Counted from the stretch's first letter, positions 1 to 14,896 are shown. The stretch: DNA of 64,000 bases from Octopus vulgaris (GCA_951406725.2 OX597828.1:46872001-46936000), one strand, 5' to 3'. The notes: generated by a model from the letters alone, not told the origin. Program-made: numbers and translations.

Positions 1-84
1 GAAATAGCAGCCAAAACTTGACTCTAAAACTAAATTAAATATGCATATAGCTCTGCCTTCATCAGTGGAATATAGCACATAAAT

Positions 85-149
<65 letters not shown>

Positions 150-482
150 CACAACACATACGATATATTTACATATACGAACGTATAGATACACATATAT
201 TCATGTATGCTCGCGACCAGTATAAATTACCTGATTCGTGCGATATACTCAAAATATCCTTATCTTTATTTATATAACTATATACATATATGTATATGTA
301 TATATGTATATATACATATATATTGATTGATAGATATCCAAATATATAGACATGTTCATAGATGTATACTTCTATATATGTCCATATATATAAATATATA
401 TATATATATATATGTATATAATATATATATTTATATATATATATATACATACATACATACATATACATAAACACAGATCCTC

Positions 483-537
<55 letters not shown>

Positions 538-1093
538 CATATATATATATCTATATCTATGCATGTAATATGTATATGTGTGTATGTGTGTGTCTATATA
601 TACATATATGGATATATATGGTTGTGTGTGTGTGTGTACGTAGATAACCGTACATACACGTGCATATATATTTTACCGAAATGTATATTGCTTGTTTTTT
701 TTTTCGTTTGTTTCTTTTTTGTTATATAAAATCTATTTCACATTAAAATGGAAGATTACACAACGCTTTTCACTAAAGTGCATATTTAGGAAAATATTGA
801 TGTCACCATTTTTTCCTATTTTATTAAATACTCTTAGAACACTGCTCTAGCGACAATCTCTGGCCGTTGCGTACCCAAATGTCAGTCCTCTGTAATTCCC
901 TCCCAGGAAATATCCTTCCTTGCAATTTAGTGAAGACTAAAAAGAAACTTAAAAGTATAAAACGCACCGACCATCAGAGTAAAATGCATACGTATACACA
1001 GGAATACACACAGACACACACACACACTCACACTCAAGCACACACACTCACATCACTATCGCTCACTTTCTTTCTCTCTCTCTTTCTCCCTCC

Positions 1094-1162
<69 letters not shown>

Positions 1163-1444
1163 AATGTGTGTGTCTGTGTCTGTGAGTGTCTGTGCGTGTG
1201 CGTGTGTGTGTATGTGTGTGTGCGTGTGTGCGTGTGTATGTGTGTTTAAGCGTTAAACAAGTACTGTATTTGCCAAACTATATGTTTTGAGGAATCTTAG
1301 AAAATAATTACTAACCCCAATAATTATTTGCTTCTTGACCCTGGTACTTATGCTATCTGTCTCTTTGCCAAACGGTGGTGTGGCACAAACTCAGACACAA
1401 AGACACACGCACACATACACACACACACAAATGTACACACACAT

Positions 1445-1529
<85 letters not shown>

Positions 1530-1674
1530 GCTTCTTTCAGTTCCATCTAACAAATCCACTCACAAGGCTTTGGTCTGCTCGAGACTATAGTAGAGGGCGC
1601 TTGTCTAAGGTGCCATGAGTGAACCCGGAACCATGTTCTTCAGAAGTAAATTTCTTACGACACAGGCATGTCTG

Positions 1675-1815
<141 letters not shown>

Positions 1816-2586
1816 GAATAATCGTACACATGTTTATTTGCGAATATTTATTTCGGCGCCTCGTTCTTCATTTCATGTTAATTCCAAAAAGAGAACAAGA
1901 CTGTGGAATCAAAGACAGAGAGAGAGGGGGGAGACTTAATACCATATTTGGTAATCAGACAACAATAACTTCACTCAAATGCTTAACTTTCGGAAAGTTT
2001 TAACATATTTCTTCCACTATCAGAAATATGGGCTGAAATTTGAAGAATTCGGGCGAGCCGGATTGGGTTTTTTTTTTTTCCTTCTTCAAAAGCCTTCTGA
2101 GTGTAAATGTTGCTGTTGTTAGTATTACCGTTGGGTTTCTTAAAAATATTTTTGTAGCTGTCGTTATTATTATTGTTGTTACTGTTGTTGTAATTGTTAA
2201 GAAAACTGGCTTATCGAGGTTGCTGCATGTATATTTTCTTCTGTACTAATCCCCAAATGCACTAAAAACTATGAATGTGATTTTTAAACAGAGATATATG
2301 ATCCTTTCAGAACTCTAGACGTGGATGCACTCAGTGGTAGGATTTTTAGAATTGGCCATATGTGTATGCATATCTGCGAATGTGTCTGCATGCGCGTATG
2401 TGTATATGTATGTCTGTATATATGTGTCTGTATTTGTATACATCTCTCGTTATATATATGTGTGTGTGTGTGTGTATATATATACATAAGTGGTATTATA
2501 TATATATAATATCAATTGGCGCACCGTGCTTATTGACACTACCTTCCTTGTGTTTCAATCCACAAGACAGAAATAAAATTATATAT

Positions 2587-2644
<58 letters not shown>

Positions 2645-2792
2645 TGTGTGTGTGCATATGCACATACATACCCATATATAAACATGGATTTATTTACATA
2701 TAAATGTACGATGTAAGATGAGTCCCCACACACAGATATGTACGTAAGTGTCTTTGTGTGTATGTCCACGTCTGTATATATATATGTATTTT

Positions 2793-2861
<69 letters not shown>

Positions 2862-3004
2862 GCCTGTATGCTTATGATGTGTACATATAATCATAATGAC
2901 CCAAAACATATCTACACACATTGAATTATAATAAACTCAGTGTTTATTAAAATGCATTTCATTTTCAAAATTTAATGCAATCTACAGTTAGAATTTAATT
3001 TTTT

Positions 3005-3270
3005 CCTGAACGCCTGTTTCCAAAGTGATGACCGTTTTGGTAGAGGTACTACTGATAAGGCAAAGCAATGGAATCCTAAACATCAAGAAACATTTCGTTC
3101 GGTATTTGTGCGCATTCTTGTTCAATGACAACATACAATTGGTCGACTGTTGTCGGTTTTGTATCGCAAATATTCACTTTTTAAATACCTTCAAAAAAGA
3201 AATGTCTAATGGTTTGAAATCCAGAGAACCCATAGTGTATTCTGCTCATCAAAATCTCACCAAAGCAGGC
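3005..3270 (-). pseudogene. C-terminal fragment of a Tc1/mariner-superfamily transposase (rosa/DD41D-like)
   Basis: Minus strand reads, across frameshifts, SLDFKPLD...IEQECAQIPNEMFLDV...QNGHHF. This resembles the SPDLxPLDF...C...G.HFE tail of Tc1/mariner transposases. Confidence 0.55.
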
Positions 3271-3497
3271 CCTTGGTAATGCCGGGCTATTCCAACTTGC
3301 TAGCAATAAAACTCCAAGTCTTCAGTTCTCTTGAATGTTTGGCATGACCATGTAAATAGAACCAGCTACAGTACCGTAAAAAAAGAATGGTCCAGTTAAT
3401 ACTTTTGACTATAAGCCATATCATACTGTATCTCTTGGTAAAGTATCATGACATTCGCTTGTAATATGTAGATCTTCGTATCCGCAATAGGGGCAAC

Positions 3498-3740
3498 TGT
3501 AGAGGTGCGCGGGTTAGGGGCTAATGATCGTGAGATTGTGGTCTCGATTCCCGGACCTGGGGATGCGCTAAGCCGTTGAGCAAAACACTTCATTTTATGT
3601 TGCTCCAGTCCACTCAGCTGGCAAAAGTGAGTGTCTCTGAGACGGTCTAGCCTTTCTCTGTCGACTTGGGTGGGGATATATAGGCTACAGAAACCGGTAA
3701 GCCGGCCCCATGAGAGTACACCGCTTGGGCAGGAACTTTA
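3498..3740 (+). mobile_element. Diverged tRNA-derived SINE (family C/D type)
   Basis: B-box-like GGTCTCGATTCCC is followed by TTGAGCAAAACACTT...GTTGCTCCAGTCCACTCAGCTG, shared with the copy at 37480-37825. Confidence 0.6.
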
Positions 3741-3932
3741 TCCATCCTTTTATTCTTGTAAGTGTAGCTGTGGTGTTTAATCAAGGTATTTACTGGCTTT
3801 AACAATCTTCATTTACAAAGTGAAGCTTCACAGCACAAGAAAACAATATGAAAGAGGAAAATATGATTTTTGTTGGTAAAAATATGATTCTCGATACGTA
3901 AGTCAATACGTTATTCGATCATTTGTAACTGT

Positions 3933-4350
3933 AAGGCGGCGAATTGGCAGAAACGTTAGCACGCCGGGCGAAATGCTTACCAGTATTTCGTCTGCCGTTA
4001 CGTTCTGAGTTCAAATTCCACCGAGGTCGACTTTGCCTTTCATCCTTTCGGGGTCGATAAATTAAGTACCAGTTAGGCACTGGAGGTCTATATAATCGAC
4101 TTAATCCGTTTGTCTGTCCTTGTTTGTCCTCTCTGTGTTAAGCCCCTTGTGGGTAATAAAGAAATAGGTATTTCACCTGTCTTTACGTTCTGAGTTCAAA
4201 TTCCGCCGTGATCGACTTTGCCGAGATCGCAAATAAAGGATGAACCTTTCGGGGTCGATAAATTTAGTACCAGTTGTGTACTGGGTCGATCTAATCGACT
4301 GGCTCCCTCCCCAGGGATTTCGGGCCTTGTGCCCAGAGCAGAAAAGAATA
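3933..4350 (+). mobile_element. SINE family B (tRNA head, Meta-domain-like core), with partial internal duplication
   Basis: AAGGCGGCGAATTGGCAGAAACGTTAGC head, GAGTTCAAATTCC B box and GCCTTTCATCCTTTCGGGGTCGATAAA core; more than 10 homologous copies in the window. Confidence 0.85.
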
Positions 4351-5172
4351 AGAAGTAACTGTATAAAAAGGTAAGAAAAGGACATATATGTGAGTGGTGG
4401 GGAGGTTGAGTGAGTGTGTGTGTGTATAAAAGCGTGTTTGTGAGTATGAGTGTGTGTGTGTTTGTGTGTGCGTGAGTGTCTGTATAAAAACGTGTATGTG
4501 AGTATGAGTGTGTGTATGTGTGTGTGTTTTTATGTATGAGTGAGTGTGTATATGAGAGTGTATGTAAGTACGAGTGAGTGTCTGTGACTGTGCGTGAGTG
4601 TGTGTGAGTGAACTATGTGAGGGAGACTATCCGTGTTTGAGGGAAAGTGTGTATGTGAAAGTGAGAGACATACATACATACATACATACATACATACATA
4701 CATACATACATACATACATACATACATACATACATACATACATACATACATACATACATACATAGATGGTGTGGGTGTGCACGCGCCGCGTGTGTGAGAG
4801 GGACAGTGTGTGTATGTAGGAGTGGAGTGAGAGCGTTTGAGAGAGTGTGTGTATGTAGGAGTGGAGTGAGAGCGTTTGAGAGAGTGTGTGTAATTGAGTG
4901 TGACTATGTGAGTGTGTGAGTGTTGTTAGAGATCCCTTATGGCATGATTTCGGATCTGCATTCTGAGTTCAAACCGCGTCGCCTGTTAACAGCAAAAAAA
5001 AAATGGTCGGGACCGTTTACGAGAGAGAAAAACTAATGACATTTGTGGAATCAACGCTCACAGTTTAGGAATCAGATACAGTAACAATTCCAGGCAAATC
5101 CAAAAGTTCTTTGACAACCTGTGCTATGTAGCAGCAGGATTAGCCTATGACAAGGATCTCTTGAAATAAGAG

Positions 5173-5666
5173 ATGGTGATGGTGGTTGTCGTCGTCATCG
5201 TGGTGGTAACGATCGATGTTGTTATGATTGTGGTGATGGTGGCAGTGATGGTGGTAGTGGTGATAATGGTGGTGGTGGTGGTGGTGGTAGTGGTGGTGGT
5301 TGTGGTGGTGGTGGTGGTGGTGGTGGTGGTGGTGGTGGTGGTGGTGGTGGTGGTGGTGGTGGTGGTGGTGGTGGTGGTGGTGGTGGTGGTGGTCGTCGTG
5401 GGGTTGGGTTGAGGATAGTAATGGTTGTGATATATTTGTGGCAGTAATGGTGATGGGTGTGGTGATGATGGTGGTGATGGTGGTGATATTGGCAGTAATG
5501 TCGTTGCTGTCGGTGTCGGTGGTGTTGGTATTGGTATTGGTGGTATTAGTAGCAGTCTAGGTAGCTGCGGTGTTGGTGACGATGAGATGATAGTGGCCGT
5601 ATAGCTTTTCTAGTACGGAAAATTCATGTGGCAATGGTGGTGGTGGTGGTCGTCGTCGTGGTCGTG

Positions 5667-5735
<69 letters not shown>

Positions 5736-5876
5736 CAAGTTCTGGGTGCTCTGACGCAAAATTTCAGGCGTTCAGTCTTGCATCATATGCAGCCTGCTTG
5801 TGACGTCAAACAGCAGTGTGTGAAGCGAAGCTGGACAGTAGGAATGCTGATGTCTGTGTGCCTGACTGACTGTCAC

Positions 5877-5912
<36 letters not shown>

Positions 5913-6380
5913 TTTTGTTATCGCCGACTGCAGCAGAATGTGCATCAGATGCGTGCGTGTGTGTGTGTGTGTGTTTATGTGTGTGTGTGCATGACGCTGA
6001 CAGAATTGACGAACCGCAGCAGTAGAATGAAGAAGAAGAAGAAGAAGAAGAAGAAGAAGAAGAAGAAGAAGAAGAAGGAGACGAAGAAGAAGAAGAAGAA
6101 GAAGAAGAAGAAGACGAAGAAGAAGAAGAAGAAAAAGAAGAAGAAGAAGAAGAGAAGAAGAAAAAGAAGAAAAAGAAGAAGAAGAAGAAAAAGAAGAAGA
6201 AAAAGAAGAAAAAAGAAGAAGAAGAAAAGAAGAACAAGAAGAAAAAGAAGAAGAAGAAGAAGAAGAAGAAGAAGAAGAAGAAGAAGAAGAAGAAGAAGAA
6301 GAAGAAGAAGAAGAAGAACAACAACAACAACAACAACAACAACAGCAACGACGACAACAACAATAACAACGATTATAGCA
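5173..6380. repeat. Compound trinucleotide microsatellite block: (GGT)n, (TAG)n, (AAG)n, (AAC)n
   Basis: Directly visible tracts, interrupted by unique sequence at about 5735-5880 and 5910-6027. Confidence 0.95.
5752..5808. promoter_or_regulatory. Cluster of bZIP motifs (CRE and C/EBP-ATF-like)
   Basis: TGACGCAA (5752), TTGCATCA = reverse TGATGCAA (5778) and perfect CRE TGACGTCA (5801) within 57 bp. Confidence 0.35.
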
Positions 6381-6567
6381 GACAAAACAATATGCGATTG
6401 TCTGCGTTGGTGTATGCACCTATGTGTGTGTGTGTATGTGTGTGTGAGTGAGTTCGCAAAGCATGTGTGGATGGGTGAGTTTGGGTGTGAATGTGGTACC
6501 TTGTTGTTTTAGTGGCTTCGAGCTTTTCATCTATATATGAGGGAATAATTACGTACATTCATATATA

Positions 6568-6728
6568 TAGGAGTGGCTGTGTGGTAAGTAGCTTGTTTAC
6601 CAACAACATGGTTCCGGGTTCAGTCCCACTGCGTGGAACCTTGGGCAAGTGTCTTCTGCTATAGACTCAGGCCGACCAAAGCCTTGTGAGTGGATTTGGT
6701 AGACGGAAACTGAAAGAAGCCCGTCGTA

Positions 6729-6778
<50 letters not shown>

Positions 6779-6997
6779 TGTGTGTGTTTGTGTGTCAGTG
6801 TTTGTCCCCCTAGCATTGCTTGACAACCGATGCTGGTGTTTTTACGTCCCCGTCAGTTAGCGGGTCGGCAAAAGAGACCGATAGAATAAGTACTGGGCTT
6901 ACAAAGAATAAGTCCCGGGGTCGATTTGTTCGACTAAAGGTGGTGCTCCAGCATGGCCGCAGTCAAATGACTGGAACAGGTAAAAGAGTAAAAGAGT
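6568..6997 (+). mobile_element. SINE family A (tRNA-derived head, internal (TA)n/(TG)n, AAAGAGT tail), full length
   Basis: A-box-like TGGCTGTGTGGT, B-box-like GGTTCAGTCCC, CCTTGGGCAAGT core and (TAAAAGAG)n tail; about 20 copies or fragments in the window. Confidence 0.9.
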
Positions 6998-7049
6998 ATA
7001 TATACGTGTATATGTGCGTGTGTATACAGAGAGAGAGAGAGAGAGAGAA

Positions 7050-7878
7050 AGGTGGCGATGGGTAAATTATCGTAATTTATATATTTGTAATTTCACGAAT
7101 AGCATTCTTTGCTTTTGATTTTGTCGACGATACAGTATGGTAGGGTCAGTTGGGCACCATCTGTGAGAAAAACATCACCATGAAGCGGTTCATTCTGACA
7201 GAAATTTGGAAACGACATGCTGTACTGCTTGGCATTCGCGTCGGAGGCTCCAAAACGAACAGATGGTGAACACACAGAACAACCATCGGCTTGCCATGTC
7301 TGCAAAACATGTACCAAGTGTGATAAAAATCAAACAGTAAGTCAACATCATGGTGTTTGGAGAGATCACAGGTAATGGCGACGTTATGCCTCTATGTATC
7401 TTCCCACACGGCCTCAGACCCAACACGGAGGCCTACATTGAGTGCCTGGTGGAGGTAGTGCTGCCCTGGGTCAAGAGGGTGGCTGCTGGAAGATCCTGTC
7501 TGGCAACAAGACTCTGTACCATGCCACACAAGTAGAAGAACCAAGTCATGGCTTCAGACAATTTCTACGACCACATAACCCCTAACATCTAGCCAGCTGA
7601 CTCCCCAGACTTCAAGCCCCTTAACACCAAATATGAACTGAAGGCAAGGATTATGGCAGCATTCACCAACTTAAACAAGGTGACCATCCAGAAGAGTTGC
7701 AGGAGATTCCGAAGTCATCTGGAGACCGTGGTTGAAGCCAGTGACGATATTACTGAATAGATTTATTTTTTGTATTCCAATATATTTTTTATGTAAATTT
7801 GGTAAATATATCTGTTAAAATGAGATGTTTAGAGTTATTTTCATTTTTTTTTGTGTGTGTATATTCACGACACCATGT
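7050..7878 (+). mobile_element. Internally deleted Tc1/mariner-superfamily element (maT/DD37D-like), decayed
   Basis: MVFGEITGNGDVMPLCIFPHGLRPNTEAYIECLVEVVLPWVK, then frameshifted WQQDSVPCHTSRRT and P.DSPDF motifs. Confidence 0.75.
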
Positions 7879-9359
7879 ATGTATGTATGTATGTATGTAT
7901 GTATGTATGTATGTATGTATGTATGTATGTGTGTATGTATGTATGTATGTATGTATGTATGCATGTGTGTATGTATGTGTGTATGTATGTATGTATGTAT
8001 GTATGTATGTATGTATGTATGTATGTATGTATGTATGTATGTATGTATGTATGTATGTATGTATGTATGTATGTATGTATGTATGTATGTATGTATGTAT
8101 GTATGTATATATGTATGTATGTATGTATATATGTATTTATGTATGTATGTAGTTCATCGTGATTTATTTCAATACCCGAGATGCGCATTATGTTCTTGGG
8201 CAAGATGACACTTTACTTCACCTAGTTCTGGTCATTTTAGCTACCAAAATTTCATATTAAGACTGACAAAGCGCCTGGTTAGCGCCAAGTTAGCCCAGCC
8301 GCGTTAACGTGTTAACGGAAACCACTAAATACCTCCAAGTACGACAAAGGACACCTTCAGCAGTGGTACTCTAAGAATGTCCGAAATAAATGTCTTGCAG
8401 TGTTTGTTCCTGCTGTTTACCTTCTGAGTTCAAATCCTAGCGGGGTCAACATTGCTTTTCAGAGCTGTTGTTTTATTACTTAGTCAGGGAGAAGGGAGAG
8501 TACCCATGATCCTTTTTTGGCACTCCGAAACCGGTAGGAGGAATTAAAGAAAACATCTCTAAGTCGGGTGCAAGGCCCGAGTACCTACACTTGTGTGGTT
8601 TCCGCTTTAGGCACCCTAATATATGACGGTAGTTCTAAAATTAGTATCTGGCCTTGTCATCCACCAAGTGTGCCATAGGGACTTAGAGCTCAGACTGCAA
8701 AGCGACTAAACTACTAGCATAAGACATCCTGTTCGACGCTCTACTGATCGCACGTGCAAACCATCCTTATCTAACGCTTTATGGACCCCATGAGACTAAA
8801 AGGCTCGGTGGCATTTGAACTTAGAACGCAGCGCTATAATGGAAGGTATTCTAAACGTGACCATCTCATCTTTTTTTAGAGATATTTATGATTTCTCTTA
8901 CTTAAAACGGTAAGGTATAATTTAAAGTGGATTTGGTTTGTATTTCTAGGAAATTGAGTTCTCCTTTGTTGGCTAGTACGAGTGAGTGTTCATGATGAGA
9001 GGCTGTGTGTTGTCTGTAAGAGAACTGACGGGAGGGAGACGGCTGTTCGACTGGTCATCATGAGATTGGATATCACCCAAATCAATGAGTGTAGTGTTTA
9101 TATATATATATACCTTCTCTGAAGATATTATGCAAATCGGCTTTTTTAATGAATGTACATGTACATAGGAAGCTGAAATTTTAGTATGTTGGTACAAATG
9201 CTCTTTCTTAATTGTGACTAAAAATTGACATACATCTGATGTGTTTTTAGTGAGTAATTGAGAATTTACAGAAATTGGCTGTCTGAATTTATTATGAAAA
9301 TGTTGGAATTTATATTTTTACAGTGTTAATTATACGCTTTTATTATTTTGCAGGTCATA

Positions 9360-10062
9360 ATATAATCATGGGTGAAAAGAATGATATTACAGCATCTGAA
9401 GAACAGGAAATAACTAAGCTTTTAAGTGATGGCATGACCTCTTTCAACATCACCGAACAATCAAGAAAACAATTGAAGATTTAACAAAGAACAGGAAACC
9501 AAGATCTCGAAAGGGGTTCAAGAACTAGTCAACGTCGGCTGAAACGCATTTTCGCTAAAAACCCACTACTCAGTAGTGATAAGGTATTTATAATGGCTGG
9601 AATTGTTGGAGTAAAGAGAGACAAAAGGTGTAGAGTCCTTCGCAACACTCGTTCTGTAAAAACATCTCCTCACCAGCCTCCTATATCTCCAACTAATATT
9701 GATAAACGTCTAAAGTGGGCAAGAAAGTTCTTAAAAACAGTTTTCAAAAGCGTCATATTCCCTGACGAATCGCGCGTCACATTAGATAGTCCAGATGGAT
9801 GGGCTAAAGGATGGGTTCCGTGAGGCCAAGATGCTCCTATGATGAGAAGACGGTAACATTCAAACTTTCTTTGAATGGTACAGGCGTCAGCCTCACAGTT
9901 TCAAGATAAAGAGTATGTTTATGCACGACAATGCTCCATCACATGCTTCTCGCCTTACTCGTGAGTTTCTTGAGAGCAAACGATTTGCTGAAGATAAATT
10001 AAGGGAGTGGCCACCTTCAAGTCCTGACTTGAACCCAGTAGAAAACCTCAGGTCAATCGTCA
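9360..10062 (+). pseudogene. Tc1-like transposase remnant (TRT/DD37E-like)
   Basis: KRLKWARKFLKT..VIFPDESRVTLDSPDGW, FMHDNAPSH and EWPPSSPDLNPVENL motifs, with stops and deletions. Confidence 0.85.
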
Positions 10063-10289
10063 ATGAGTAGAAAAATATCAGTAAACCGAGATTATTTATT
10101 CGATGAGAACACAAGAGACATGTTTGGGTCTTATTTCAGATCATCAGCGAAGCTTAGATCACTGGTCAATTTCAAGTCTTGTCAAATGAATGTTTCACTG
10201 AAAACATCTAATACGTTTGAAACATGTCCTCTACTTTCACCAATTTGTTTAAAGATAGCTATCACCCCCGTCTTTTCTTTTCTACTCTA

Positions 10290-10475
10290 AGCACAAGTCC
10301 CGTAATTTGGGAGGAGAGGCCCAGTCGATTAGATCGACCCCAGGACGCAACCAGTGCTTAATTTATCGACCCCGAAAGGATGAAAGGCAAAGACGACCTC
10401 GGTGGAATTTGAACTCAAAACATAAAAACAGACAAAATACTGCTAAGAATTTTGCTCGGCGTGCTAACTTTTGGG
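10290..10475 (-). mobile_element. SINE family B, diverged
   Basis: Reverse complement of the family B core (ATCGACCCCGAAAGGATGAAAGGC). Confidence 0.75.
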
Positions 10476-11182
10476 CCTTGCTTTCACCCCCATCTGTAAC
10501 GTCGTAATTTTACCAAATCTTCAATTTCCAGAACCTTCAAAGCTGATCTACATCGAAGTATCTCTTTTGCTAGCTTTTTTCGGTTTTAAACACTCCTAGA
10601 ATAAATTTTTATCTACTGATTGCATGGATAAGTTATTCAACTTGTGTTATCACATATGTGAGACACTACTGCCTTTGTATGTTTAGCAAGTAGGAAGCTC
10701 CTGTGAGTTATTTTCCCTCGGCCATTAGAGCTTTTTTTTTAAGCAGTCGAGAAAAGTGTTTCTGTGTATTAAGGGTTTTTGTAGGAAGAGGTAGCACTCC
10801 TTCCTCTTTCCATCGGTCAGTTGAGTAAAGGAGGATGTGGAGAAGTACGAGTGAAGGATTGTGGAGTGTATAGGACTAAAAGGTGTGTGTTTGTGTAGGA
10901 CAAACAGTGAAGTGTGTGTTTGCGTGTAGGAAAGTCAGCGAAGTGTGCAGGAGTGAAGTATGCGAGAGGACGGAAAACAGTAGAGTTATTATGAAGTGTG
11001 TACTGGAATGAGAGTGGCTGGGTGTTTGAGGAGAAGGAATGAAAGTTAAAGTGATGTAATGGGGGAATATTTCAAATTGGGAAAGGGCAGAATATTTCAA
11101 GTTGTAATATGGGTGGAAATGCTAAAATTTAAAACGTAACGCGGATGTCTTTGTATGTATGTAAAAGTTATTGTTTTTTTAT

Positions 11183-11599
11183 ACTCTTTCTCTTTTTACT
11201 CTTTTACTTGTTTCAGTCATTTGACTGCGGCCATGCTGGAGCACCGCCTTTAGTCGAGCATATCGACCCCTGGACTTATTCTTTGTAAGCCCAGTACTTA
11301 TTCTATTGGTCTCTTTTGCCGAACCGCTAAGTGACGGGGACGTAAACACACCAGCATCGGTTGTCAAGCAATGCTAGGGGGACAAACACAGACACACAAA
11401 CACACACACACACACACTTATATATGCATATATACGACAGGCTTCTTTCAGTTTCCGTCTACCAAATCCACTCACAAGGCATTGGTCGGCCCGGGGCTAT
11501 AGCAGAAGACACTTGCCCAAGATACCACGCAGTGGGACTGAACCCGCAACCGTGTGGTTGGTTAGCAAGCTACTTACCACACAGCCACTCCTGCGCCTA
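11183..11599 (-). mobile_element. SINE family A, full length
   Basis: Reverse complement of the 6568-6997 family sequence. Confidence 0.9.
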
Positions 11600-12002
11600 T
11601 GAATTTTTTTTTTCTTTTTGGTGTTGTTTAGCCTCTGGTCGGTTCTGGTCCAGTAAACCAAAGAAGGAAAGCTGCCTTGTCGTGACTTTTCTACCCAATT
11701 TTCCAATTAGGTCAATAAATAAAAGCTCTTTTCTTGAGGTTTTCAAGGGAGTAGGATGTGACCTGGGGGTATATATCTTGCTCTTATTTCTAACAGATTC
11801 CGAGACAATACAGGAATTATTAATGGGCGACGTGAGTGAATGGTGATTGGTTTGATTCCCTTGTGAAAAGCCTTTCCATCGTCGTTAAAACTTTGCAGGA
11901 AGAGCATAAAGACCGTGTCTTCTCACATCTCACTTAGGTCAATAGACCTGCTAGAAACAATAGCCAAACCAATATTTTTATTATTATTTATTTATTATTA
12001 TG

Positions 12003-12490
12003 AAAGCGATGAGCTGGCATAATCGTTATCTCGCCGGGGAAAATTTTAATGGTATTTATTTCAACTTTAACTTCTAAGTTCAAATGCTACCGGGGTCGAC
12101 TTGCTTTGCCTTTCTTCCTTTCGGGGTCGATAAAATAAATACAAGTTGAACACTATCCCACTATTTATCGACACTATCAGGGTCGATAAGTCAATTACCA
12201 GTCATGTACTGGTGTCGATCTAATCGACTGGCTCCTCGAAATTATTGTTCTTGTGCTGAAATTTGAAATCAATTTAAATTATATGTACCCTTCGTTTGTA
12301 TATCGGCAACTGTGTACCTGATGGAAAAAGCAATATTTCTGTTATTAGATATAACTATGAAGGCGGCGAACTGGCATAATCATTAGCACGCCGGACAAAA
12401 TGCTCAACTGAATTTCTTCCGGCCTTACCTTCCGAGTTCAAATGCTGTTAAAATCAAATTTCCTCTTTTCCCTATCGAAGTCGATATAAC
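12003..12490 (+). mobile_element. Two diverged SINE family B copies
   Basis: Heads at about 12003 and 12360 (GGCGGCGAACTGGCATAATC), and the core CCTTTCGGGGTCGATAAA. Confidence 0.7.
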
Positions 12491-13328
12491 CAATCCATAG
12501 GTATTTCTACACCTGTTGGTTTCATTTTCTATTACTCTTTCCTTCAGCTAATTTCTATGTCCCCTTTTCCATCCCATTTCTTCTTCTTACACCATACATC
12601 ATTCTTCCTATGTATGTTACAATTTCTCCTTTTTCCCAGTATCGCTTGCCATTTTTGTACAGTCTTACATATACTTAATCACCGATTCTAAAGTATTTTG
12701 GTATGTCCTTACTAGCACGTACATTTTTCTTCACTGGTAACAGTTTCTCGAATACTGACTTCACCTTTCTGGCAAATGTTTATTCTGCTGGTGAACTTTT
12801 TTCTGGCGCATCTGGTTTTGGAGTTACCCGGTATACCCTTAAGAATTGTTGGGTTGCCACCTTGTCCGTGGCTTTCTAATTAGCATTCTTTAAAGCTCTC
12901 TTAAAAATGTCCACTTACCTTCCGGCCCTTCCATTCGATCTAGGGTGAGACGGTGCTATAGTTTCATGTTCTAACGCGAACATCTCGCAGAATTTTTTGA
13001 ACTCACAGGATACAAACTATGTTCTGTTATCAGAGACAATTATATCCAGTACACCAAATCTTGCGAACAGCTCGTGCAAGAAGTTTATTACTGTATATGA
13101 GGTTGGTAGTTTATACCACGCGACCTCAGGTCGTTTTGTGTAGCTGCCCACTACTATTAAGTAATAATATTCATTTACCGGGCCTGCAAACTCGATATGC
13201 AATCATGGCCATGGTACTTTCAGTTCCGGCTAAAGTTCACATTGTAATAGTAATTATTTGGCTGCCAACGTTCATCCTCTGCAGTCTTTTACCAGGTTTT
13301 CAACTTTTTCGTCCATTCTTGACCAGTA

Positions 13329-13757
13329 TAGGCGAAGGAGTGGCTGTGTGGTAAGTAGCTTGCTAAACAACCACATGGTTTCGGGTTCAGTCCCACTGCG
13401 TGGCATCTTGGACAAGTGTCTTCTGCTTTATCCCCGGGCCGACCAATGCCTTGTGAGTGGATTTGGTAGACGGAAACTGAAAGAAGCCCGTCGTATATAT
13501 GCATATATATATATATATATATATATGCGTGTGTGTGTGTTTGTGTGTCTGTTTGTCCCCCTAGCATTGCATGACAACCGATGCTGCTGTGTTTACGTCC
13601 CCGTCACTTAGCGGTTCGGCAAAAGAGATCGATAGAATAAGTACTGGGCTTACAAAGAATAAGTCCCGGGGTCAATTTGCTCGACTAAAGGCGGTGCTCC
13701 AGCATGGCCGCAGTCAAATGACTGAAACAAGTAAAAGAGTAAAAGAATAAAAGAGTA
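13329..13757 (+). mobile_element. SINE family A inserted in the Gypsy pol region
   Basis: Full family A sequence splitting the retroelement remnant. Confidence 0.9.
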
Positions 13758-14154
13758 TACAAAACTTCGCGTCAGCGTTTTCATTCTAGAGATGCCTGAG
13801 TGTCCCACATGAAACTCTTTTAGCAGTCTCTTCTGTAATGTCTATGGTATAACCATGCTCTGAGCGTACATTAGTACACCATCACATATAGAGTAAACGT
13901 TCACATCTTGGCAGCTCTTTTCATCAGACCTGTCTTTATTTCCTTTTGTCGACCACAGTTTTCTTTTTGCCTCATTAACAAATTTTTCATTTCTCGCATT
14001 TCTTTTTATTTCTTCCAGAGTTTTCTTTTTTTTTTTGTTTCAATTCAGTGACCTCGTATGATCGACTGATTGCTTCGTTTACGCTGTTGCATAAAGCGCT
14101 TATGGGTGTATCCCATAAATTAAATTTCTCCATACATTCGTTGCCAAATAAATT

Positions 14155-14699
<545 letters not shown>

Positions 14700-14896
14700 T
14701 AAATTCATGGATCTTTTTCAAAAAGTAAACATTCACTTTTTTGGTTCGACCTTTGAACATTATATTACAAACGCGTTCGTCCGTTTGAACATAGCTTTCT
14801 TCCTGTAGCACCGTACACTAATTTGTTTGGACTACATAATTTCGGTTTACACATTTGTTCCCGTGTTTCTTGTTCATGGTTGTGATATCACTTCCC

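Noticed and set aside
5628-6512. 294-aa poly-V/K/R/T ORF
   Set aside because: Built from (GTA)n, (AAG)n and (AAC)n tracts; no domain signal.
10110-10150. Minus-strand CUGAUGA...CAAAC-AUGUC hammerhead-like string
   Set aside because: GAAA core is broken, stem II is misregistered, and there is no stem I pairing.
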